Source: Veleropilina oligotropha (taxonomy: Eukaryota). Taken from it: 20,000 bases of DNA. Shown piece after piece: positions 10,612-20,000 of this stretch. The position numbers were made by a program, and so were the translations under genes. The notes under the pieces were generated by a model. That model did no database searches. It was not told the origin of the DNA and saw nothing but the letters and a program-made list of their open reading frames with translations. The stretch covers positions 122,056 through 142,055 of the forward strand of contig JBEUKZ010000079.1 in NCBI GenBank assembly GCA_048128005.1. Reading direction: 5' to 3'. Position 1 is the first letter of the stretch. Each line of letters opens with the position of its first letter.

Positions 10612-12564
10612 GTGACTGATGATATAGAGATTGCTGATGTTTTGAATTCGCATTTCTGCAGAATATCTACGGTTGATGATAGTAACGCTGTCCTACCTGA
10701 CCTCGAATTAAAAACAGAACGTACACTGGACAATGTTATAATATACGAAGGAGATGTGTACGATGCTATAAAAAGCCTTAAGCACGGCAAAGCGTCTGGT
10801 CCAGACGATATAAATGCCACAGTATTAATTCGGATAAATGCAGCCATAAGTAGACCACTTTGTATTCTCTTTAATAAATGCCTATGTGCAGGTATATTTC
10901 CTAGTATTTGGAAATGCTCAATAGTTGCACCGGTATTCAAGAAAGGAGACGCATGTGAACCCGGCAATTACAGACCGATTTCCTTAACAAGTCACATTGG
11001 AAAACTCTTTGAGAAGGCGGTATTCAAATATCTATACTCTTACTTAATTGCTAATAATCTTATTTACCCTTATCAATCAGGATTTTTACCAGGTCACTCG
11101 ACGTCGTATCAATTACTTGAAATTTATAACAAAATAATGCTTGAATTAGATAATGGAAATTGTGTTACCTCAATATTTTGTGATGTATCAAAGGCTTTTG
11201 ATAGAGTATGGCATCGTGGTCTTATTGCTAAATTAGAATGTTACGGAATAACCGGTAACTTACTTGCCTGGTTCACAAATTACTTATCTGATAGGCTGCA
11301 AAGTGTTAGAGTGAACAATTCTTTATCTACCCAACAACACGTTTATGCTGGTGTTCCACAAGGCTCGGTACTGGGTCCAATTCTATTTTTAATTTATATA
11401 AATGACATTATAGAAACCATCAACTTCGGCGATACTAGGTTATATGCTGACGATACGTCATTATTGTACTCCCATTCGCCAGAGGTCAACATTGAAGACT
11501 CGATTAACTATGATATATCAAAACTTGTAGAATGGTCAAATATTTGGCTTGTTAATTTCAATGCTTCTAAAACCGAACACTTAATGATATCTCGAGCGCG
11601 AAATAACGTCCATCTAAATCTAGTCATGGACAATGACCCAGTTACAACTGTTTTATCACACAAACATTTAGGATTGACTTTTAATAGTAATGGAACATGG
11701 AGTGATTATATCAATGGTATGTTAAGTAAGTGCTCAAAACTGATAGGTGTTTTTCGAACATTCAAATACAAACTTAATCGAAAGACATTAAAAACAATAT
11801 ATGTATCATTTATAAGACCTCGTCTCGAATATTGCTCTGTTGTTTGGAGTAACTGTACAGAACAAGAATCAGACAACATAGAAAAAATTCAAAATGAGGC
11901 GATCCGAATAATTTCCGGTCTTCCACAATGGTGTCAGCTCGATCGGCTTCGAAAAGAAATTGCAATTGAAAAATTAAAAACTAGACGGTCAAATCAAAGG
12001 TTATTTTTATTTTACAAAATAGTAAATAATTTATGCCCACCGTACTTACATATGCTTTTACCTCCTACTATAGGACAGCTATCCCAGTATATAACAAGAA
12101 ACAGTAGGACATATGCTATCCCCTTGGCGCACACTGAATCTTATAAAAAATCTTTCTTCCCAGCGACAACAAACGACTGGAATAGATTACCAGCTGCTGT
12201 CAGGGAATCCGAATCATTGCAGATTTTCAAAAATAAATTTCGTAATCCAGAGCACAACGTCAATCATTTTGATTATGAACTTGATCGGAAGTCGGCAATT
12301 GCTCATTGTAGAATAAGAAATCAGTGTAGTTGCCTAAACTATGACTTATATAGGATGAATATTATTAATAGCCCAGTATGCCTTTGTGGCTTCCCAATTG
12401 AAGATGCAAATCATTACTTTCTACACTGCCCGGAATATCACATCATTAGACAGATTATGCTTAATGATATTGGAATTCTAACTCCAATAAATACAATTCT
12501 GTTTGGAAGAAATGAACTCGACACCGCCAGCAATATCTCAATTTTCAAATCGGTCAAAATCTAA
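10612..12564 (+). CDS. LINE ORF2 reverse transcriptase domain with C-terminal CCHC motif (frameshift-separated part of ORF2)
   Basis: 650 aa without internal stops: KASGPD, PVFKKGD, NYRPISL, QSGF, DVSKAFDRV, GVPQGSVLGP, YADDT, KHLG, RPRLEYCSVVW and C-x-C...H-x4-C (CLCGFPIEDANHYFLHC). The annotated GTG start is not a real initiation site. Confidence 0.9.
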   Translation: MTDDIEIADVLNSHFCRISTVDDSNAVLPDLELKTERTLDNVIIYEGDVYDAIKSLKHGKASGPDDINATVLIRINAAISRPLCILFNKCLCAGIFPSIWKCSIVAPVFKKGDACEPGNYRPISLTSHIGKLFEKAVFKYLYSYLIANNLIYPYQSGFLPGHSTSYQLLEIYNKIMLELDNGNCVTSIFCDVSKAFDRVWHRGLIAKLECYGITGNLLAWFTNYLSDRLQSVRVNNSLSTQQHVYAGVPQGSVLGPILFLIYINDIIETINFGDTRLYADDTSLLYSHSPEVNIEDSINYDISKLVEWSNIWLVNFNASKTEHLMISRARNNVHLNLVMDNDPVTTVLSHKHLGLTFNSNGTWSDYINGMLSKCSKLIGVFRTFKYKLNRKTLKTIYVSFIRPRLEYCSVVWSNCTEQESDNIEKIQNEAIRIISGLPQWCQLDRLRKEIAIEKLKTRRSNQRLFLFYKIVNNLCPPYLHMLLPPTIGQLSQYITRNSRTYAIPLAHTESYKKSFFPATTNDWNRLPAAVRESESLQIFKNKFRNPEHNVNHFDYELDRKSAIAHCRIRNQCSCLNYDLYRMNIINSPVCLCGFPIEDANHYFLHCPEYHIIRQIMLNDIGILTPINTILFGRNELDTASNISIFKSVKI

Positions 12565-12994
12565 CCGTTTTAATTAGTATCAAATTGTAAATATCTAAAT
12601 AATAATAATAATAACGATATTTTCAAAGTGTGATTCATAATTAGATTGGTAAATGTGTGCATTCAGTATACACCAATTACCGGTCAACAATAGTATCCAT
12701 CCTTCTTTTATTTATTCATTTGAACCTATATCACTTGCATAATTTTATATCCATATTATGTATTTTGTACACCACTTCTGTTACTTTGTGCATATTCCAA
12801 CGGCGAGATGATTCCTATAGGCTTTGTCCTGTTTTCAAATCGCCATACTGTTAATATAGTTATACTTCAGTTATATATTATCCTCTGTAATAACTTAAAT
12901 GTTATCTACTTTGTATACATATCTGCATTTGTAGTTACAATAAAATACGTTTAATCAGTCTTTCGCTAATTATTTTCTCGTAAATTTTACAAAA

Positions 12995-13275
12995 AGGAGA
13001 TAAGAGAGATATTGGACGATATTTTTGAAGAATTTATTGAATTCATTGCTTATATCTTTTGGGTTTATTATGTCAGTGCCGTTGCCAATTAATTTGTCAA
13101 TATTTTGCGATTGTTTCGATTTCGATGCAATTATTGCATTAATAGTTTTCCATCTTTGTTTTATATTGTTTCTAATACTTTGAAATTTCATTTTATAATA
13201 ATCTTTTTTTACTTTTTCTCTTATATGGTTTTGTCTATTTAATATGCCTTATATTTTGCTTTATCGTCATTGTTA
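12995..13275 (-). pseudogene. Old LINE ORF2 fragment (endonuclease-RT linker)
   Basis: Minus strand reads ...KKDYYKMKFQSIRNNIKQRWKTINAII...IINPKDISNEFNKFFKNI, the typical YY..F..N.K..W..IN...I.N.FN.FF.NI linker of CR1/L2-group LINEs. Confidence 0.7.
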
Positions 13276-13672
13276 CAACAACAGCTTAAATAATAAATAT
13301 GGCTCAATAATTTAAAACAAGAGCAATGCGTTCGAAATATGTCTTGACCTTTTATAAATATCCGTAAAATTTTCATCAGAACAGTGGAAAAAATTAATAT
13401 CGGAATAAATTAGGACCCACATATGGCGAAAGTAATGGACACCTTAAATTAAAGATATTCGGTAGCCAAAATACAATATTATTATCTACTTCAAGATATT
13501 GACATTGAAGCATTGACACAGTTTCAATGGAACGATGCTGTTTAAATCGTAAAAATGCTGTCCGTGGCGAAGGTGTAAGGATTTGTGACTATGTATAATC
13601 ATAGCAGGAAACAAAATTGCATTCAATTCATAATTCAAATCATACCATGCTTAAGAAAATTAAATGCATCTT

Positions 13673-13742
13673 GTTTGGCGTTTGTGCCAGGCAGCACCGC
13701 AAATTGACAAGCGATGTCGCACGCCATGGGCGCTTGTCAATT
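13673..13742 (+). repeat. 61-bp direct repeat, copy 1, with a 12-bp perfect hairpin
   Basis: 13673-13733 matches 14360-14420 with 4 mismatches. AATTGACAAGCG (13702-13713) pairs with CGCTTGTCAATT (13731-13742). Confidence 0.85.
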
Positions 13743-13754
13743 GCCATAAAAAGT

Positions 13755-14290
13755 TAACAGCGTATGCAAGACGTTGAAACAACGTCATGGACGTTGGTAC
13801 AAGGTTTTATTATATGCCAGTCGTTTTCTGACGCCTATTCTCGCGCAGTTTTCCGAGATACTGTATCACGGACACAGCTGATATCGATTCAGAAAACGTC
13901 TCCTGCGTATATATTCACAGGAAAACGTCTCCTGCTTTTATATTCAAAATGGCTGACAATCGTAGAAATTACTTCCAATATAGTCCTATACTATTTCAAC
14001 CTCCCTTACAGATTCGTGACTACAATAACCATAATCTTTCGATTCAATTTAATAAGAAACTTGTTGTGGCATATAATAAAAATGTTATCAGTTATTGTGT
14101 GGATTCTGGCATATCGGAAACCTCTCGTGACGTCGTAGTTTTTACGGCGGATAAATCGCTCGAACTTCGTTCTCGCGATTAATCCGCCGCAAAAACTACG
14201 ATGTCACTCGAGGGTTCCGATGAGCCAGAATCCACACAATACTGATAACATCATTGTAACAACGTCTTTCAACATCTTTTGCCGGCTGGG
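13755..14290. mobile_element. Small palindromic MITE (CCCAG/CTGGG end, ACGTTG motifs, possibly EnSpm-type) split by an internal insertion
   Basis: Left half ...AAGACGTTGAAAC...GACGTTGGTACAAGG (to 13804) and right half TTGTAACAACGTCTTTCAACATCTTTTGCCGGCTGGG (14254-14290) are mutually inverted. The left terminus is degenerate. Confidence 0.45.
13805..14253. mobile_element. Non-autonomous element with 15-bp inverted repeats and a terminal ~170-bp foldback (Crypton-like architecture)
   Basis: TTTTATTATATGCCA (13805-13819) and TGGCATATAATAAAA (14067-14081) form a perfect IR, immediately followed by a long imperfect palindrome at 14082-14251 centred on GAACTTCGTTC. The family name is an inference from architecture. 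Confidence 0.6.
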
Positions 14291-14359
14291 TATTTCATGA
14301 ATTCACCGGCGATTGTGACGTCACCAATGACGTTTAATCAAAATCGTCGTTAAAATGAC

Positions 14360-14420
14360 GTTTGGCGTTTATGCCAGGCGGCACCACAAATTGACAAGCG
14401 ATATCGCACGCCATGGGCGC
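14360..14420 (+). repeat. 61-bp direct repeat, copy 2
   Basis: Matches 13673-13733 and ends at the TSD of the IS3EU-like element. Confidence 0.85.
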
Positions 14421-14528
14421 ATATTATGGAATGCCAAGAGGCTCAATATTCCATTGTGCTAGTTACAGTTACAGCATTAGTATTAATGTTGCAATATCCT
14501 AATTCGACTTCAAGTATTCTACTTTTAC

Positions 14529-14790
14529 TTGCAATGTGATAGTTTCAATGTGACAGTTGCAATGTTACAGTTGCAATGTTACAGTTGCAATATTACAGTT
14601 GCAATGTGACAGTTGCAATATTACAGTTGCAATGTGACAGTTGCAATATGACAGTTGCAATGCGACAGTTGCAATATTACAGTTGCAATGTTACAATTGC
14701 AATATTACAGATGCAATATTACAGTTGCAATATAACAGTTGCAATGTGACAGTTGCAATATTACAGTTGCAATATTACAGTTTCAATATT
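14529..14790 (+). repeat. 14-bp minisatellite ACAGTTGCAAT(A/G)T(T/G), ~18 copies, in the left arm
   Basis: Directly visible tandem period of 14. Confidence 0.95.
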
Positions 14791-15814
14791 CTAACTACAA
14801 TATTCTACACCGCGGCGCCACCATCGCTTTGTTTACTATCGGTAAATGTGCTCGTCCGCATTCGAAAAGTGCCGTCCAAGTCAAAACAATGTATGCAACC
14901 TGTCGCGAGTATATATATGCAATAAGATTTCGTGTTGATATTTATGAAGTGTATCTAATATTAAAGTTCATTATTTAAAAGGACAGTATGCAAGATTTTC
15001 CCGACGCACGATTTCTTCGTATAATATTGACAACTCACGAGTAAAAGGGTCGCGGCACCTGCCAAATTTTATATACAACAAAATAATAAATTTAAAAAAA
15101 AGTAAATAAATGCATATAAATAGTGTTCGTGTACACGATAATGATTGATATACTGTTATGTGGCTGTATCTGATAAGCCGCATTAATTAATATACCCCAA
15201 AATTAATCCGTCTGAAAACGCAAAAAAAACTTGTCGCAAACTGCGTCCAGTAAAATGCCTCGAGTCAACTCAGAAACAATTTACTCATACCTTATAATAT
15301 ACCCATGAAAATAGTTATATCACGGTTGACTCTATTCCTATAACATATAAGACCGGGTTGACGTGCCTTCCCAACCCTATGAACTATTGCAGGCTCTGAC
15401 GTTGTTGGAGTAGGTTGACTCGTGGTGTCAATCGGATACCAGCTAGTCTCTCTTAGCGTTGGTCGCATAATCATGTATTTACTGCTTGATAATATGACCG
15501 TAAAAACATTGGCGCATCACTTATATTACATAAATAACAAAGTTTTATTGTCGTTTTCATTTATATGCATTTATAAAAGTATACTAAAACAAATAATATA
15601 TCATGTTTCTGTTCGAGTATTTGAGATATTGGGCAATATGATGACTGTCGTAAACATACATATCTGTCTTATAGGAATGCCGAGGCCGCATATTCTGTTA
15701 CATCTTTTGCCAGTAAATTTTAAAGTTTCAAATTGGTAGCCTTAGATTTATGGCAGCAAGTACATAGGACTCTCATACCCAATTATGATACTGTTATTGT
15801 CTGTCATATCAGTA

Positions 15815-17196
15815 ATAAGAATAGTTTATTCGGCATATAGGCAAAACATGCCTCTCGCCATAATCATTATAAATACACAGTCAGTGCATAATTTGTACAT
15901 ATATGGGGTTTACAAGAAGCAATACTTACAATATACAAAGAATCGACAATATATACAATACAATTATATTAATAAGTTAAAAGTTGTAGGTCGAACTAGA
16001 TTGACAAGGTTACATAATGGATGAGCGCAGTTTTAATGCAGCAGTTACGTACTTCCCTACACGTCTACTTCGTTTACACGTATCAACGCTCACTAAAGTA
16101 ATAAATTTCTGTATATTAGGCCAATGAGTATAGTAATTGCTAAAATATTTAAATCTAAGTTCACGATAACATGGGCATACAAGTAAAAAATGATATTCAT
16201 TTTCAACACAATTACTTGTACAGGCAAGACAAATTCTATATTTTCTATCAACATTGATATATCTACCTGTTTCAATCGCTAATTGATGCGAACTACAGCG
16301 AAGACGTGTTAAATTAATTATATTCACATCCGAACAATAATCCAAATAATTCTCAAATTTCAGTTCATTTTTAAACATTTTATATGTATCTAATTTTGAG
16401 CTTGAATCTATATCAGAATGCCACACTTGGATAAATTGACCTTTCAATCTCTGGACAATCAAATTGACGGGAACAGTAAAATTTTCACTATTCTGTTCTT
16501 GCCACACGTTACCCATACCTAAATCATTTAACATAGTTTAATAGTTGAGGACCAGGTGTTGCTGTCAAGATATCCTAATTTTTTTTTATATATTTTATTA
16601 ATTAAGGTATTTTGATCACTTAGAATCTTTGCCCAATATTTTATCGCCTTTACCCGTTGTGTCACGTAGAGCGGCATCAGCCCAAGTTCGCCATAGACAG
16701 CGCTGTTGTTTGTTGTATTTTTAACATTTAAGATTCTTTTGCAAAATTGTAAATGAATTTTCTCTATGATGTCAAGCTTTTCAAACCCCCAGATTTCAGA
16801 TCCATACAACAAAATAGGACTAATCATTATGTTAAATAACTTTAGTTTGGTACTTGTGGCAAGATCACGTCGAGATATGGTTTTGCTTAAGGCAAACAAA
16901 GCACGAGATCCACGTTCACTGAGACATTTCTGCGCGGATCGAAATTTTCCATTCGAGGTAAATCTAACACCTAAATAGCAATAAGATTCAACTACCGATA
17001 ATTCAAGCTCACCATATAACCATTTAGGTTGCAGTGGCAATCGACCTTTATGAAAAATCATAATATTGGTTTTAGTAATATTGATAGTAATATTCCACTT
17101 TGTGCAGTATAACATAAGTTTATCAAGTAGACTTTGCAGAGCAACCGGATTGGTAGCAAACAAAGATGAATCGTCTGCAAACAATAGTGAATAGAC
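15815..17196 (-). mobile_element. 5'-truncated RTEX-like LINE with 7-bp TSD, nested in the IS3EU-like element
   Basis: TSD ATCAGTA at 15808-15814 and 17197-17203. The minus-strand 3' end has a hairpin, AATAAA and a CTATTCTTAT tail. Confidence 0.85.
16010..17196 (-). pseudogene. LINE ORF2 C-terminal part (RT from FADD onward plus CCHC zinc knuckle), one frameshift near 16535
   Basis: LLFADD, YCYLG, PILLYGSEIWG, FCKRILNVK, VYGELG, IKYW, then LTRLRCSSHQLAIETGRY and C-x2-C...ENEYHFLLVCP. ORFs 16528..17184 and 16010..16534 join through a 1-nt deletion (AAA CT ATG). Confidence 0.9.
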
Positions 17197-17340
17197 ATCA
17201 GTACATACAGTACATACACCCGTAAATATTAGTAGTTACTTCGTCACAGGTTTTAATCTTGTCGAACTGACCTTGTGGCGTTTTGACCGTTACCCTAAAC
17301 AAAGCGACGGTGGCGCCGCGATGTAGAATATTAAAGTTGG

Positions 17341-17433
17341 AATATTGCAACTGTAATAGTGCAACTGTCACATTGTAACTGTAACATTGTAACTGTAATA
17401 TTTCAACTGTCACATTGTAACTGTAACATTGCA
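17341..17433 (-). repeat. Inverted, shorter copy of the 14-bp minisatellite in the right arm
   Basis: TGCAACTGTAAT and TGTAACTGT units, the reverse complement of the left-arm array. Confidence 0.9.
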
Positions 17434-18743
17434 ATAAAGGGCGAGAGCAGTGCGCGGTGCATAATAAGGAAGTTAGAATATCTCATCTTGCACAATGACA
17501 TGTGTCGAACAGTAATGTAGCAGTAAAATTAAAATATTGCAAGTAAAAGTAGAATATTTGAAGTCGAATTAGGATATTGCAACATTAATACTAATGTTGT
17601 AACTGTAACTAGAAAATAGAATATTGAGCCTCTTGGCATTCCATAGCATATTAGGCGTCATTGCTATTTAATTCAATTATTTGACATACATTATGTAGCA
17701 AATACGCATAAAAGTCTTAATAAATGCATATTTGCAAAATTGTGTCTCGAAAGTTATATAGGCGAGCAACAAATACTCGTGGTGATAAAAGTCATCGACT
17801 GAAAAACGCATAGTAAGCTTAAGTGAAACGAGTAATTAGATTGAAATTAACTGAATAGTGACCTTTGGTAATGTTTTAAGGCAATTTGCCACAAGATTAT
17901 TTGTAAATATATTGTAAAAATTATTTGGATATATTCCGGAGCCAGAAATGTTTTTTTATGAAAAAATTCTCATTTGTGGCACCGACATTGAACCGTATTA
18001 TACATGCACTTTATGGTAGTTTCCTAATATAACCATTTGTGTAAATAACAGTTATTAACGGTAAAAAAAACATATAGTATGAAGCTGAGGTGCATTTAAT
18101 AATATGTCTGTAAGAAAATACAACATATATATGGCCCAATTTACCCTTAAACGTCTTAAGCGGGTTTTTTATACACCGCTTATAAAGGCACTGTCTTGTG
18201 ACATCCTTGCGTTATGTCGTCTGACATTATATATAGAGCATGCAATAATTGTCAACGTCTGAAATTTACATGTAGCGAATAGTCGAAAACTGGGAGCTAA
18301 TTCTCCGCGGACGAATTTGTTTGGGGGCGATCGTCTGACATTCTATATAAAAGCATACCCTTTATTATAACTGATAATGTATAAATTTTGAAATTATTTA
18401 ATAATGTAATTTTTATTCCACTTATAACGGCATTGTTTCTGACGTTATGTTATCCTCGCGTTATGTCAAAAACGTTAGTGTGTCCGGGAAAAGTATGTGA
18501 ACGTTACCCACAGCATTGTACTTGTGTCGCGATTTTGATATAATTTTTAATATTTATGCCTGTCCTTATAAAGCTGCCTTCCACATTTGATGTCTTTATT
18601 TGTCACTGGTCAATTTGAAATTGACAATTCCTGGAGGTGATCGTCGCTATATTGAAGCGTTTTAAATATCGTCTGTGCGGTGACAGGGGATAAAGCGTAT
18701 GAGAGGTGATGGCCGGCTACAGATACTGTTGCAGCCGCGAGCG

Positions 18744-18857
18744 CACGCTCGGCAGCATTTATAATCTCAATTTTCATCTCAAACTCGCGGGAGGACGTAC
18801 TCAGGAGCTTGAGCAGAGTCTGAGCTGAGTATCATAGTTTCTTTATAATCTTGGCCC
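18744..18857 (-). mobile_element. Right terminal inverted repeat of the PIF/Harbinger-like element
   Basis: Reverse complement of 3925-4038, followed by CAG (18858-18860). Confidence 0.7.
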
Positions 18858-20000
18858 CAGATCAGTCAATACAGTGATTTCAGAGTCGGCACTCGAAACG
18901 TTCATGACATGCATTTATCATGAAGGATAGTATGTACAGCGCTGTGAAAAGCAGATAGGCTGACATCTGGTATGAGCGATTTCTGTGCGCTGTCTTTCCA
19001 CTGCCTTCGGGGAGTCCTAGCTGCACCTCTAGTTCAGAGCCGAAATTTCGATCTTTATTGCATACCTCATATTCTTTCTTCGCTGATCTCGTAACGTTAT
19101 ATTGTTATATATACGTTATATTTCTAGGGATATTTAAATTATTAATTGTATTATGTCCACCGCATGACAGGTGCATCATGATGTTAGTCGGTGTAATCTT
19201 ATCTGAAGAGCATGCAGCGAAAATATCGAGAATATTCCTACAATTAAAATACTGGGCAAGACAGCAGTTGAATTGAACTCTTATAACAAGTATTAACATG
19301 TTACAACAATGGTAATTTATTACCAGCAGTCATAAACTTCCAAAGTGATAACAATTCGATCATAATAGCCGCTCACAGTGAAGAGTCTCAAAACAAACAG
19401 CGTGAAATGAATAACTAATACCTTCAAATAAAGCAATAGGTTTTGGAGAATATATATATATATAATGCTATATTGTCACTTAGGGCATCAAGTTGTGAAA
19501 ATCACACTTAGGTAGCCCACCCCTATATATGTGAATAATACGAAATTAGACCAAATAAGTTCATCAGAGTCTTCATTTTCACATGCTAATTAAGTATAGA
19601 TAAGGTTTCATTCACCAAAAATGTTTGATCATATAAGTATTTTAAATTGATAAAAACGTATATACGGGTGGATGGCTTAAGTGGTGTTTTTTCACTTGGT
19701 GTCCTAAATCCTCATTTTTTTCCAAGTCAATATCTGACACATCGTTCACTTGATATTGTAACGCATCTTGTGTGGAACTCTTTTGTCATAGAAGCACCAT
19801 TTGGCATTAAATTGGGTGTTCGAACGTTAACAATAACGGACAAAATTGCGATTTAATTAGGGAAAACCCGGATTTTGGGTTCCCTAACTCAAAATGTTGT
19901 GCAATCATGCATTAGGGAACCCTATAAGCACTCGAACAATGGTCAGATTTCACACTTAATCAACGGTGGAAAACCGTGTCTATCCAGCGTATACACTCTT

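Larger units (their letters stand above)
9875..12956 (+). mobile_element. 5'-truncated CR1-like LINE with 11-bp target-site duplication
   Basis: Perfect TSD AGTCTTTCGCT at 9864-9874 and 12957-12967. Begins inside the endonuclease domain (VIIFGDLN). About 390-bp 3' UTR with a stem-loop, ending AATAAAATACGTTTAATC. Confidence 0.93.
14425..17645. mobile_element. Non-autonomous IS3EU-type DNA transposon with long inverted arms
   Basis: Termini TATGGAATGCCAAGAGGCTCAATATT ... AATATTGAGCCTCTTGGCATTCCATA. 6-bp TSD GCATAT at 14419-14424 and 17646-17651. Arms span 14425-14835 and 17296-17645. TAY..RTA ends with a 6-bp TSD are the described IS3EU hallmark. No transposase recognised. Confidence 0.82.

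Noticed and set aside
10168..10967. Antisense or alternative-frame ORFs over LINEs (also 12113..12316, 16093..16275, 16766..16978, 3650..3847)
   Set aside because: They are shadows of LINE ORF2 sequence.
10612..12564. Bacterial retron, DGR or group II intron reverse transcriptase system
   Set aside because: The APE endonuclease, CCHC tail, AATAAA-containing 3' UTR and TSD identify a eukaryotic non-LTR retrotransposon.
14641..14978. Cys/Gln-rich ORFs (also 17198..17434)
   Set aside because: They are translations of the 14-bp minisatellite in the transposon arms.
18861..19020. Resumption of the interrupted LINE (DFSKAFD...GVPQG) after the right TIR
   Set aside because: Only a vague GATTTCAG resemblance; translation gives DFRVGTRNV with no recognisable RT motifs.
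19857..19917. Telomeric repeats (TTAGGG)
   Set aside because: Isolated hexamers within a longer motif, not tandem.

Overview
AT-rich, repeat-dominated animal genomic DNA, most likely from an invertebrate (inferred from the element types). I found no recognisable host protein-coding gene, RNA gene or CRISPR array. The window is a pile-up of transposon-derived sequence: (i) a Helentron/HINE-like relic with ~150-bp internal repeats; (ii) a decayed + strand APE-RT LINE, cut by the left end of a Harbinger-like element and resuming ~0.9 kb later; (iii) a ~640-bp TIR element; (iv) a 3.2-kb 49-bp minisatellite (30+19-bp subunits) that creates spurious long minus-strand ORFs; (v) a young 5'-truncated CR1-like LINE with a perfect 11-bp TSD; (vi) a further LINE fragment; (vii) a nested MITE/foldback cluster; (viii) an IS3EU-type (TATGG...CCATA, 6-bp TSD) non-autonomous element with long minisatellite-containing arms, carrying an RTEX-like LINE with a 7-bp TSD; (ix) the matching right end of the Harbinger-like element ~14.9 kb away, next to an orphan monomer of the 49-bp satellite. 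The most intriguing leads are the 114-bp inverted-repeat pair bracketing most of the window and its possible link to the satellite. The sequence also holds evidence against a single giant element, so I do not claim a new biological system. All family assignments come from motif recall, not database searches.
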